From Candidatus Micrarchaeota archaeon (GTDB lineage Archaea; Micrarchaeota; Micrarchaeia; Anstonellales; J096), in contig JAADEL010000028.1 in assembly GCA_013153395.1 (NCBI GenBank), positions 1-39,526 of the forward strand: a stretch of 39,526 nt of DNA. Reading direction: 5' to 3'. This document shows, one piece after another, positions 31,325-39,526 of this stretch; position 1 is the stretch's first letter, and each line of letters begins with the position of its first letter. A program made the position numbers and the translations under genes. Under the pieces are notes generated by a model. The model had not been told where the DNA came from and ran no database searches. It saw nothing but the letters and a program-made list of their open reading frames with translations.

Positions 31325-32005
31325 ATGTTTAGGGAAAAACCCCAAAGATCCTCTAAGAAAAGAGGTCCGTTAGATTGGATGTTTCCTGATAAAGAAAAGG
31401 TTTTCCGCAATCTAGAAGAACATTATGAACGCTCTTTATGGAAAGCAGCCAATGAAAGGCGGAGCAAACAAGGAAAGCCTCTTTTAAGAAGAACTGATTT
31501 AGGCTATTATCTGGACTTGGAAAAATCTCCTCCTGTAGTGGTAACCTTTGAAGGAGTGGTTAGGAACTTGGTAACAACTGAAGGAGCTTTGGAGAAGGCA
31601 TCGCAAGGATTTGCTCGTTTGTTTCCTGCCGGACTAGAAAAACTCATGCTTTCTCATTTTAGCCCTTACTTTGCAACTCATATCAAGAGAGGAGAAACCA
31701 ATTATATAGGTGTGATTGGTGCCATGGGCAATTTCTTGCTTTATGAAATAAAAGATGGAGGATTGGCAGCGGCCTATGAATGGAATTATATGCTGGATGA
31801 GGTGCCTTTTCTCACATTGTCTGGCAAGCTTAGCAACACACTTACTTTCTCTTTAGAAGCTTTGAGATTGGTAAAAATACAGTATAAGGATTTTGAAGTA
31901 ATCTTTGAGCGCCTTAAAGATAACATATCTTTTAGAATAACTACCTCCCGAGGACAGAGGGAAACCAAAGGTCCTGTGCTGTTGTTTCCACCCACTACCC
32001 AATAA
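31325..32005 (+). CDS. Hypothetical soluble protein (gene A of an uncharacterised cluster)
   Basis: 226 aa with a basic N terminus (REKPQRSSKKRGP) and no TM span. No family was recognised. It has its own TATA box 27.5 nt upstream. Confidence 0.5.
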   Translation: MFREKPQRSSKKRGPLDWMFPDKEKVFRNLEEHYERSLWKAANERRSKQGKPLLRRTDLGYYLDLEKSPPVVVTFEGVVRNLVTTEGALEKASQGFARLFPAGLEKLMLSHFSPYFATHIKRGETNYIGVIGAMGNFLLYEIKDGGLAAAYEWNYMLDEVPFLTLSGKLSNTLTFSLEALRLVKIQYKDFEVIFERLKDNISFRITTSRGQRETKGPVLLFPPTTQ

Positions 32006-32008
32006 CTC

Positions 32009-32016
32009 TTTTATAT
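32009..32016 (+). promoter_or_regulatory. TATA box for gene B
   Basis: TTTTATAT is centred 24.5 nt upstream of the ATG at 32037. Confidence 0.4.
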
Positions 32017-32036
32017 TGTTTTTTACTATATAAACT

Positions 32037-32786
32037 ATGGTAGGCCAAAAACAGGAATTTCCTATGCCAAGAGAAAAAGAAAGACCTGGTTCTCGGATTT
32101 TCAGGAAAATAGAGGAATGGGGAAAGAAAGTAACGCCTTTTCTTGTGGCCGCTAATTTTATGCTGGGTTTTCCTGTTGTCCCTAAGGTAGCAAATAGTCC
32201 ACCAATAAACGCCGCCTATGCTCAATACGACCCACATGTCACTTATATGTTCGATTACCGAGTAAAAATATACACCTTTGATGTAGGGAAGATGGGATAT
32301 GAGTATAAGACCTTTTTGGAAGTACTGGCCGATAAAGCACAAATGGAGGTGCCACTGAATAGGTTTGTGAAAATAGAGGATCCAAAACTCCCTGATGGCT
32401 ATTACATCAGAACTCCTCAAAACCTCCATGCTATAATATATAAGCAGGGCATTATCTTCTATAACACCACTGATAAAGGAGTACTTAAAGGAATGATATG
32501 GTTTATAATGCCTTCCTCCCTCCTACATTACCAATTTAAAGAAGTGGAATGTAAGGAGAAGATGTGCATCGTATATGTAACTGAGCCCACTGAGAAAGAG
32601 CCTGGCAAGCTACTGGCAGTTAAATTAGCTAAAAACACCCTTTCTGAGTTTCCTTATAGGTTTGTAATATATAAAGGAGAATACACAGACAAAAACCACA
32701 TTCGTTTTACCGGCAAGGACATCTATCATAAGATAATTGCTAGTGGCCCTCCGAGTTACCCTAGCATTGCCGAAGTAGTACCTTAG
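32037..32786 (+). CDS. Hypothetical N-terminally anchored membrane protein (gene B)
   Basis: 249 aa. The EKERPGSRIFRKIEEWGK motif is followed by one TM span and then a domain with FKEVECKEKMCIVYV. It is a paralogue of gene C. Confidence 0.55.
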   Translation: MVGQKQEFPMPREKERPGSRIFRKIEEWGKKVTPFLVAANFMLGFPVVPKVANSPPINAAYAQYDPHVTYMFDYRVKIYTFDVGKMGYEYKTFLEVLADKAQMEVPLNRFVKIEDPKLPDGYYIRTPQNLHAIIYKQGIIFYNTTDKGVLKGMIWFIMPSSLLHYQFKEVECKEKMCIVYVTEPTEKEPGKLLAVKLAKNTLSEFPYRFVIYKGEYTDKNHIRFTGKDIYHKIIASGPPSYPSIAEVVP

Positions 32787-32787
32787 A

Positions 32788-32795
32788 TTTATATA
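32788..32795 (+). promoter_or_regulatory. TATA box for gene C
   Basis: TTTATATA is centred 25.5 nt upstream of the ATG at 32817. Confidence 0.45.
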
Positions 32796-32816
32796 ATTTT
32801 CCCCACAATAACATTC

Positions 32817-33545
32817 ATGGTATATAAACAAACCGGAAAGGAGCCTCTGAAGCAGCAACCAGAGGTTGAGAAAGAGAGACCAGGATCCCAATTTTTCCGA
32901 GCAGTTAGAGAGAGAGGAAAGAGCTTATTGAGAGTGGGAGTAGTAACCATGGCTTTTACATTGTTGGGACTCCCTCTAGTGAAAAAGGCCGATCCAGTGA
33001 AGCAGTTTACAGGACAAAAGATAGAAGTAGTGAGCACCAACCACGCCCTGGCAAATCCTTCTGAAAAGATAAAACTAAGCGAGAAGAACCTGCTTATCTT
33101 TGTGCTCACACACGACGAATTCAAGCAGATAGATAAGGATTTCTATGATCTCTTACAGAAGTTGGCTAAAGAAGACTTTCCTGCAGGAGTAATGGCCGAT
33201 TTAATGATCTTTTATTACATGAGAACATCTGACAATCACCATATGGTGGCCAATAAAGAAGGAATGCTATTGTATAGTACGGAAGGAGGATATATATGGT
33301 TCTTTGCACCGCTAAAAGGCGATACATTCCAAGACTTTAAGTGTAAGGAGGAGCAAAAGGCATGTGTGGCTAAGCTAACTTATCCAGAGGATGGCAAGCC
33401 AGGTCATATTCTTGCAGTATTTTATAGCGATAGCGCCGGTGAGCTTGTAGTAGGACTAGGCGAATACGGCGAAGATGGTAAGTTAATAGAAGGAACTACC
33501 CAGATTGAGGTTTATGATCCTTACAAGATTCCAAAATTTAGATAA
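32817..33545 (+). CDS. Hypothetical N-terminally anchored membrane protein (gene C, paralogue of B)
   Basis: 242 aa. The EKERPGSQFFRAVRERGK motif is followed by one TM span and then a domain with FQDFKCKEEQKACVAKL...GHILAV. It is collinear with gene B. Confidence 0.55.
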   Translation: MVYKQTGKEPLKQQPEVEKERPGSQFFRAVRERGKSLLRVGVVTMAFTLLGLPLVKKADPVKQFTGQKIEVVSTNHALANPSEKIKLSEKNLLIFVLTHDEFKQIDKDFYDLLQKLAKEDFPAGVMADLMIFYYMRTSDNHHMVANKEGMLLYSTEGGYIWFFAPLKGDTFQDFKCKEEQKACVAKLTYPEDGKPGHILAVFYSDSAGELVVGLGEYGEDGKLIEGTTQIEVYDPYKIPKFR

Positions 33546-33575
33546 ATTCTTCTTTTTTCTTTTTTATCTGACACC

Positions 33576-33583
33576 TTAATAAA
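33576..33583 (+). promoter_or_regulatory. TATA box for secFD
   Basis: TTAATAAA is centred 25.5 nt upstream of the GTG at 33605. Confidence 0.4.
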
Positions 33584-33604
33584 TCTTTCCCTGTAAAAGA
33601 AGGT

Positions 33605-34609
33605 GTGATTGATAGGAAGTATTTATTGGCAGGATTGGTAGTTCTTTTCCTTTTATCCCTTTATGGGTGGTTCCATCTAAAGCTAGGGATGGATTTTCAA
33701 GGTGGAACCTTGATTACTATTACTTCTTCCACCCCTATCACCATTGAAGATTATTTTACCCCTCCTTATAGGCTTAATGCTAAGACAGCGGGCGACCAAT
33801 ATATCTACGAGCTGGAGATCCCTAATCCTCCGGAGATAGAGGAGGCCTCTCAGCTTCGAAACCAGTTGATAGAATGTGCCCGCAACCTCTCATTGGCCTA
33901 TGCTCAAAACCAATCTACCCAACCTTATCAGGAAGAATGTTCTAGATTGATTGCCCGCTTATCCGAGCTTTCTGGCCTCTCGTTGCCAGAAAATGCCACC
34001 GTGCAAGATTATGTAGATTTTGCCGAGAAGGCCTATTATCAAGTCCTCAACAACTTCCGAGATAGGATAAAGGCCATGTTACCTGAGGCTACCGTAGATA
34101 TAAGCACCATTACCCCTACTTTATCTCAAACCTTCTTCGAGAAAATGAAGCAGGTGTTCTTGCTTGCCATAATCTTTGTGAGCATGGTGGTGCTTTATAT
34201 CTTCCGCACCATTATTCCCTCTTTGATAGTAATCACCGGTGCTTTGGTGGATATATTTATTGTTTTGGGATTGATGGGATTGTTGGGGATTCCGTTGTCT
34301 TTTAGCACCTTTGCCGCATTGCTTGTGATCTTGGGTTATTCCTTGGATACGGATGTGTTGCTTACCTCCCGCTACTTCAAATCCCGCTTGGAGAAATCCC
34401 AAGTGGTTAATGAAACAATGAGCACTGGTCTTTCCATGACTACCACAGGAATCCTTGCCTTTATCATCCTGCTTGCCATCGGTTATATATTGAAAATAGT
34501 GTTCTACCAAGAGATTGCCAGCGTTGTTGTGATGGGACTTTTCGTGGATATCTTTACCACATGGGGCCTTAACGCCTATCTGTTGGAAAAACTGGGTGAG
34601 AAGAAATGA
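33605..34609 (+). CDS. secF: Protein-export membrane protein SecF
   Basis: 334 aa with a GTG start. GMDFQGGT lies near the N terminus. The C-terminal TM bundle contains ILGYSLDTDVLLTSR (compare GYS.ND.IV..DR of SecF). Confidence 0.75.
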   Translation: MIDRKYLLAGLVVLFLLSLYGWFHLKLGMDFQGGTLITITSSTPITIEDYFTPPYRLNAKTAGDQYIYELEIPNPPEIEEASQLRNQLIECARNLSLAYAQNQSTQPYQEECSRLIARLSELSGLSLPENATVQDYVDFAEKAYYQVLNNFRDRIKAMLPEATVDISTITPTLSQTFFEKMKQVFLLAIIFVSMVVLYIFRTIIPSLIVITGALVDIFIVLGLMGLLGIPLSFSTFAALLVILGYSLDTDVLLTSRYFKSRLEKSQVVNETMSTGLSMTTTGILAFIILLAIGYILKIVFYQEIASVVVMGLFVDIFTTWGLNAYLLEKLGEKK

Positions 34610-36150
34610 ACAAAGCATTCATCGCCTCTGTTATATTATCCTTGATTGCTATCCTCCTGTTACCAAAACCAAGCCTAAGTGTATTCTTGGTCCTATTGGT
34701 GGATATCTTTATCTTCTCCACCTTTTCAAAGACAGATGATGAGAAGATAGCCTCTTTGCTTGCTCTAGGTGCCCTTTCTCTCATCGCCTTGGCCTTAGGA
34801 GGGATAAAAACAGGTATTGACTTCAGCGGAGGAACCCGTATTGTGATCTCCCTTTCTCAGCCTGTGGATCAAGCCACCATGAATGAGATTCTGGACAAGC
34901 TTAAAGGTCGTATATCGGCTTTTGGTCTGGAGCAGGTGGTTGTGACTGGTGTGGGAAATAACCTCATTTACTTGGATGTTCCATCCACTGATGAAACATT
35001 CCCAGAGCGCATTGAACAAATAATCTCCCAACAAGGACGGTTTATAGCGATAGTAGATGGGGAGGTTGTCCTTACAGGAAGAGATATCCTTCCGGGAACC
35101 GTTTATACTACCTTCAGGGCTGACCAGATAGGAGGTGCTGACTGGGGTGTGAGCTTCTCTATAACTCCTGAAGCCAACATACGCTTTTTGGAGAAGGTAA
35201 AAGGTAAGGCCAATAGACCTATCTATATGTTCCTTGATCCTGTGGAAAACGCCTATATTATTCTCTCTCGAGAGAAGATAAAGGCCCCACAACAGGTTCT
35301 TGAGGTCCTGACCTATCTCAACAACACGTTGGTATATGAAGAGGACTTGGATAAGGTGACCATCCCTGAGAATGTGACGCTTATTACCTCTTTAGAACAA
35401 TTCAAAGACCGTCCCAATACTATCATCGTAAACGAGAGTGAACTCTACCCTGAATATGGAGGGGATGAGCAAACCGGTTATTATATCAAATCATGGAAGG
35501 TAATCGGTCTGGTGTCGGCACCTTTGGTCTCTCCTAATCTAGCTTCAGGGAAGACAGCCGGAGGCCTTAATTATCTTATCACAGGTACGGTAGCACCTGG
35601 CCAGGATCCCATACAAGAGGCCAAGTACATTGCCTCGGTGCTAAAGGGTGGAGCATTCCCTGTGAAGTTGGAGGTCTCGGGTATTACGCGCATCCCACCT
35701 GTGCTAGGAGAAGAGACCTTCAAATACTCCTTAGCGGGTATCTGGATTGCCGTGCTTTTAATCTCCATCTATCTAGCGTTGAGATACAAGAAGCTCAACA
35801 TCTTTATCCCTCTCTTTATCACCACCTTAATAGAGAACCTAGTTCTCCTTACCATAGTGGGACAATTCACATTAGATTTGGCGGCAATGGCAGGTTTGAT
35901 AGCGGCTGCAGGTATCTCCATCGATGGACAGATCATAATCACCGATATGTTCCGTAGGAATGAGGTGAAACAGGCCTTCGAGATTATCAAGAACAACACC
36001 TACATTGCTTTGGTAATCATGTTGCCGTTAATAGCGGTAGGTAGTCCTGAAGTAGTAGGATTTGGAATAACCACCGCCATAGCTTATGTACTGGGATATC
36101 TTGTTTCCCGAAACTCCTACTATGCCCTGTTGAAAAAGTTCTATAAGTAG
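34606..36150 (+). CDS. secD: Protein-export membrane protein SecD
   Basis: 514 aa with an ATGA overlap with secF. GIDFSGGT and a large periplasmic-type domain are present. The C-terminal AGISIDGQIIITDMFRR resembles GiaVDaNVlIfER of SecD. Confidence 0.75.
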   Translation: MNKAFIASVILSLIAILLLPKPSLSVFLVLLVDIFIFSTFSKTDDEKIASLLALGALSLIALALGGIKTGIDFSGGTRIVISLSQPVDQATMNEILDKLKGRISAFGLEQVVVTGVGNNLIYLDVPSTDETFPERIEQIISQQGRFIAIVDGEVVLTGRDILPGTVYTTFRADQIGGADWGVSFSITPEANIRFLEKVKGKANRPIYMFLDPVENAYIILSREKIKAPQQVLEVLTYLNNTLVYEEDLDKVTIPENVTLITSLEQFKDRPNTIIVNESELYPEYGGDEQTGYYIKSWKVIGLVSAPLVSPNLASGKTAGGLNYLITGTVAPGQDPIQEAKYIASVLKGGAFPVKLEVSGITRIPPVLGEETFKYSLAGIWIAVLLISIYLALRYKKLNIFIPLFITTLIENLVLLTIVGQFTLDLAAMAGLIAAAGISIDGQIIITDMFRRNEVKQAFEIIKNNTYIALVIMLPLIAVGSPEVVGFGITTAIAYVLGYLVSRNSYYALLKKFYK

Positions 36151-36680
36151 GGTTTCAGAGCTTCCAAGCTTTGTTCCACTACTCTTTCAAAGGGCTGGTT
36201 GGCATCTATCTTTATCCAAGGCGCTCTATACTGTCTTTCATATAGGAAATCAAACCTTCGTTTCACTTCCTTCAAGAAGGCTACATTCTTATCATAGTCA
36301 TCGAAAACAGCTTCTCCTCTCTTTTGAGCAGTCCTCTCCAACGCCTTATCAAAATCCACATCTAAATATAACACTACATCAGGAGACCAAGGATTAACCG
36401 TTTCGATAATGGCAATGGCCTTAAAGAGGTCAATCTTCGCATAGGCGATGGTGGAAAAATAAAACCTATCCGCAATAAAATCTCCTTTTTCAGAGAGAAT
36501 GTCTCCTAACAACAGCAGAAAGGCACCTTCATGGGTAATGGGCTCTCCTTGGAAGTACCTTTTAATCACCGGAATGTTTTCATAGTTGGGAAAGGACTTT
36601 ACCGGCAGGTTTAACTCTTGAGAAAGGGCTTTTGCCAGAGTGGATTTTCCCGCTCCGTCTATTCCCTCCAGCACGATCAT
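36141..36680 (-). CDS. tmk: Thymidylate kinase
   Basis: 179 aa. MIVLEGIDGAGKST is the P-loop, and DRF/LID-like regions are present. Confidence 0.85.
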   Translation of the reverse strand: MIVLEGIDGAGKSTLAKALSQELNLPVKSFPNYENIPVIKRYFQGEPITHEGAFLLLLGDILSEKGDFIADRFYFSTIAYAKIDLFKAIAIIETVNPWSPDVVLYLDVDFDKALERTAQKRGEAVFDDYDKNVAFLKEVKRRFDFLYERQYRAPWIKIDANQPFERVVEQSLEALKPYL

Positions 36681-36696
36681 GCCCTAATATGGGAAA

Positions 36697-38106
36697 TTAG
36701 GTTTTTATGCTTAAGTAGAGCTTACCAAATAGGGCAATTACCGGCAGGATCTCGATACGGCCAATATACATAAAGGCCATTATGATAAGTTTAAGGAAAT
36801 CAGGCATGTAAGTCATGTCAATGGTGGAGGCCCCCACATTGCTTATGGTGGATGCGGCCACAAACAAACTATCCTTCATCCCATATCCATATTCCATCAA
36901 CAATGTCGCCAATCCAAAGTAGCTTAGCACAAACAAGAATACAAAGCTTATTATGTTGTTGAGGGAGTGGCTATCCAGAGGCTGGTTGTTCAACCTTACC
37001 TTGGACATAGCGCTATATTGGCGGAAATACTTGGCTACCTGTTCTTTCACAAACTTCAGCATTACCAATATACGGCCAGCTTTTATACCTCCAGCTGTGG
37101 ATACTAGCATACCTCCCATCAACATTGCCAGGATCAAGAAGAAGGTGGCAGTATCGTTGAGATGATAATCCACATACCCATATCCTCCACAGGTGATGGT
37201 AGCAAACACATAGAGCATACTCTCTATCCAATCTATTCCTCCAAAGTATCTTAACATCACGATTAACGCTATCACCACCATGATGTAAAAATAGAAGCTT
37301 TCACCTAACTGGAGCTTTCCCTTAAGCAGATTAATGTAAATAAGCATGCTTATTGACCCTATGAACATTATTATTCCCATCGCAATCCGTTGGGCTTGAG
37401 TGAGGTCTAAATCATCCCGATGGGAGAACCCTCCGTTGCTTATAGCAGAAAACACCATATTCAAGGCATCAAACCAATCTAGACCTACTCCTATTAACAA
37501 CAGCCAACCCAAGAAGGTAAGCACAAGATATACCACAAACAAATACTTGAATATATGAGCGTCTTCAGGCACCCCATACACCTTGGCAAATCCCTTACCA
37601 GTAAGGCCTTTTAAGGCGGTAAGTGCAAATCCTGTGATCCCCAATCCTCCTAACCAGTTTAAGAAGCTTCGGTAGAAGAGGAGGTCCGAAGGATATTGGT
37701 TCAAAGGGCCGATTACAGAGAATCCTGTGGTAGTAATCCCGCTAAAGGCTTCAAAAAGAGCATCTACCAGCGGAATACCGTAAAAATAGAAAGGCAGGGC
37801 AAACAATATCCCACTTATCAACCAAACAAAGGCAAATACCACCAACACATCTCCTAACAGCACGTCAGGCGTTTTCTTGAGCTCTTTTTCCAACTCGATC
37901 CCTTTGTTTATGAAACGATAGAAAAACTTTTTGAGCTTCTTATAGAGATTAGTGGTGGAATAAAGGAATCCAGGAATAAGAAATACCATCTCCAATATCA
38001 CAAGGTAATAAAACAAGCTACCTTCAGCGAAGTAGCTGTAGATGGTAACAGGAAGCATTACCAACCCGATGAAAAAGTAAATGTTAATCAAAAACGATAG
38101 TCTCAT
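36697..38106 (-). CDS. trkH: TrkH/KtrB-family cation (K+) transporter
   Basis: 469 aa and polytopic. Four pore-loop-like motifs are present: TTTGFS, SNGGFS, TCGGYG and SNVGAS. Confidence 0.85.
   Translation of the reverse strand: MRLSFLINIYFFIGLVMLPVTIYSYFAEGSLFYYLVILEMVFLIPGFLYSTTNLYKKLKKFFYRFINKGIELEKELKKTPDVLLGDVLVVFAFVWLISGILFALPFYFYGIPLVDALFEAFSGITTTGFSVIGPLNQYPSDLLFYRSFLNWLGGLGITGFALTALKGLTGKGFAKVYGVPEDAHIFKYLFVVYLVLTFLGWLLLIGVGLDWFDALNMVFSAISNGGFSHRDDLDLTQAQRIAMGIIMFIGSISMLIYINLLKGKLQLGESFYFYIMVVIALIVMLRYFGGIDWIESMLYVFATITCGGYGYVDYHLNDTATFFLILAMLMGGMLVSTAGGIKAGRILVMLKFVKEQVAKYFRQYSAMSKVRLNNQPLDSHSLNNIISFVFLFVLSYFGLATLLMEYGYGMKDSLFVAASTISNVGASTIDMTYMPDFLKLIIMAFMYIGRIEILPVIALFGKLYLSIKT
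36702..36709 (-). promoter_or_regulatory. TATA box for tmk inside the 3' end of trkH
   Basis: The minus-strand sequence CATAAAAA is centred 25.5 nt upstream of the ATG at 36680. Confidence 0.35.
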
Positions 38107-39308
38107 TCAAAATCACCTAGGGAGGTTTGCTTTTTGTGTTCTATTTCTCCCAGGGTAAATTCTCCAAATACTCCATCATACCCAGGTTTCCAGGAAATCT
38201 GACCTTGGTTGATGGCGTAGAGCTTCTTGGCAAGCAGAGGGTCCATAGCTAACCTAAGCCTCTCTAGCGGAGCCTCTAGGACATTGAGCTCACTCCCGAA
38301 GTAATTTACCAGCTGGTGGTACATTTCCTCTACTTTTTTTGATGTGATAGGTTTATTTAAGATTTTGGAAAGGGATTGATGGAGAGGGATAATATGTTTA
38401 AAGGGGCGAGCACTGGGAGGCTTATACCCTAAAGGTTTGTCGGCAAGCTCCATCACGCGATGGAGCACTCCGATGGTGAGCTTCTTTCCACATACAGGAC
38501 AACGATTGTTGAGCTTTAGGGACTCCTCAGGTGGAAAAGAAACATTACACTTCCTATGCCCATCCCAGTAATACTTTCCCTCTTGAGGATAGTATTCGTA
38601 GGTTTTTATGATTTTATTTTCTTTGATGGCCTTTATTACTTCATCATAGCTTAATTCTTTAACATCTAACACTGTGGCTTCTCGGGCTAGATTCTTAGGG
38701 CTGTGAGCATCCGAATTAGATATAATAGGAAACCTTCTTGCCTCGGTGATCCAGTTCATAGGAGGGTCACTAGAAAGGCCTGTTTCTATGGCTAGAATGC
38801 GGTCATCCACCACATCAAATATAGAACTCAGTTTATTCCTGGCTCCCAAGATAGAGAACCAAGGCGTCCATATATGGGCAGGAAAGACCTCAGTTTTTGG
38901 ATTAAGGAGCTTGAGCTCATCCAACATCTCCTGCATAGAGAGCTTAAGATTAGGCCGTCCATCTGCCCCTAGGTCTCCATAGTTAGAAAGAAAGTCATTT
39001 ATTTGTTGGGCAGAGTCCAAGGAATCAGTCAAAATAACATTATGGATGTTCACAGGATGGCCTTCATATTCGAACATATTGTTAACCTCCACACTCAGCA
39101 TAAGTGGATATCCCTCGTACCACAACAAACCATCCCTTTCTTCCAGCCCTTTAAGCTCCTCCATCCAGGCAGGGTGGGTAAAGTCTCCTGTGCCTGTGAG
39201 CTGGAGTCCTTTAAGTCGGGACCAATGAACAATATGAGGGATATCGAGATAACGGGAGGTGGCCCTAGCAAACCTACTGTGAATGTGTAAATCGGCAGTA
39301 ATCTCCAT
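38103..39308 (-). CDS. PHP-domain endonuclease, Endonuclease Q (TIGR00375) family
   Basis: 401 aa. ADLHIHSRFARATS, KGLQLTGTGDFTHPAW, GRPNLKL, PAHIWTPW, SNSDAHSP, EGKYYWDGHRKC and CPVCGKKLTIGVLHRVMELAD follow the EndoQ layout (PHP domain plus zinc finger). Confidence 0.7.
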   Translation of the reverse strand: MEITADLHIHSRFARATSRYLDIPHIVHWSRLKGLQLTGTGDFTHPAWMEELKGLEERDGLLWYEGYPLMLSVEVNNMFEYEGHPVNIHNVILTDSLDSAQQINDFLSNYGDLGADGRPNLKLSMQEMLDELKLLNPKTEVFPAHIWTPWFSILGARNKLSSIFDVVDDRILAIETGLSSDPPMNWITEARRFPIISNSDAHSPKNLAREATVLDVKELSYDEVIKAIKENKIIKTYEYYPQEGKYYWDGHRKCNVSFPPEESLKLNNRCPVCGKKLTIGVLHRVMELADKPLGYKPPSARPFKHIIPLHQSLSKILNKPITSKKVEEMYHQLVNYFGSELNVLEAPLERLRLAMDPLLAKKLYAINQGQISWKPGYDGVFGEFTLGEIEHKKQTSLGDFE

Positions 39309-39314
39309 AGGAGG

Positions 39315-39322
39315 TTTTTAAA
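39315..39322 (+). promoter_or_regulatory. TATA box for the 39345 gene (crossed pair)
   Basis: TTTTTAAA is centred 26.5 nt upstream of the ATG at 39345. Confidence 0.4.
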
Positions 39323-39330
39323 CAAATCTG

Positions 39331-39338
39331 TTAAAAAA
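39331..39338 (-). promoter_or_regulatory. TATA box for the EndoQ-trkH operon (crossed pair)
   Basis: The minus-strand sequence TTTTTTAA is centred 26.5 nt upstream of the ATG at 39308. Confidence 0.4.
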
Positions 39339-39344
39339 CATAGC

Positions 39345-39526
39345 ATGAACAAAAAACACCTAGTTCAGCTGGGAGCTATCGCATTATTGGCAGGGATGCT
39401 TATCATAACAATCGGAGTAGCTGTGTACTTTTATTTCTCCTATCAGGAGCTTAACCAGGCTTATAAGGAGAATCTCACCTATTACATAAACAAAACTGCT
39501 TATCTTGAGAATGAGAACCGATGGCT
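39345..39526 (+). CDS. N-terminally anchored membrane/secreted protein; 3' end outside the window
   Basis: My translation is MNKKHLVQLGAIALLAGMLIITIGVAVYFYFSYQELNQAYKENLTYYINKTAYLENENRW..., with one TM span. A TATA-like TTTTTAAA lies 26.5 nt upstream. Confidence 0.45.
   Translation, partial: MNKKHLVQLGAIALLAGMLIITIGVAVYFYFSYQELNQAYKENLTYYINKTAYLENENRW

Overview
This is an archaeal chromosomal segment. Diagnostic genes include TBP, TFE, the PolD small subunit, PCNA, FEN1, RNase HII, an EndoQ-like PHP nuclease, L21e, RpoF, aTrm56, the class-I CCA-adding enzyme, MBF1, diphthine synthase and SecDF. I count about 48 protein genes and one tRNA-Gly(CCC). I recognised no rRNA, CRISPR array, transposase or integrase.

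The segment is extremely compact. Co-directional genes often share ATGA, TTGA or TAATG start/stop overlaps. Six of the seven convergent gene pairs overlap at their 3' ends by 4-98 nt. About twenty genes have an A/T-rich octamer centred 24.5-27.5 nt upstream of the start codon, the geometry expected for leaderless archaeal mRNAs. Some divergent pairs share one palindromic TATA box or have crossed TATA boxes. Many housekeeping proteins look shorter than typical archaeal orthologues, which suggests a streamlined genome (DPANN-like or similar). The lineage cannot be fixed from this sequence alone.

Two neighbouring loci break the compact pattern and are the best candidates for something new.

- Locus 1: a COG1373-type AAA+ ATPase/DUF4143 gene (27995-29185) is bracketed by a 25-bp imperfect inverted repeat. 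It sits among five related GC-rich hairpins, two palindromic operator-like sites and about 270 nt of unexplained structured non-coding DNA.
- Locus 2: a 217-nt divergent promoter region carries a 22-nt G-tract/C-tract inverted repeat placed just upstream of both TATA boxes. It leads into three uncharacterised genes (31325-33545), two of which are membrane-anchored paralogues.

Other notable items are a 4xCBS protein with a C-terminal RaiA/HPF-like domain, tandem alkaline-phosphatase-superfamily paralogues behind trm56, and a stand-alone NFACT-R protein.
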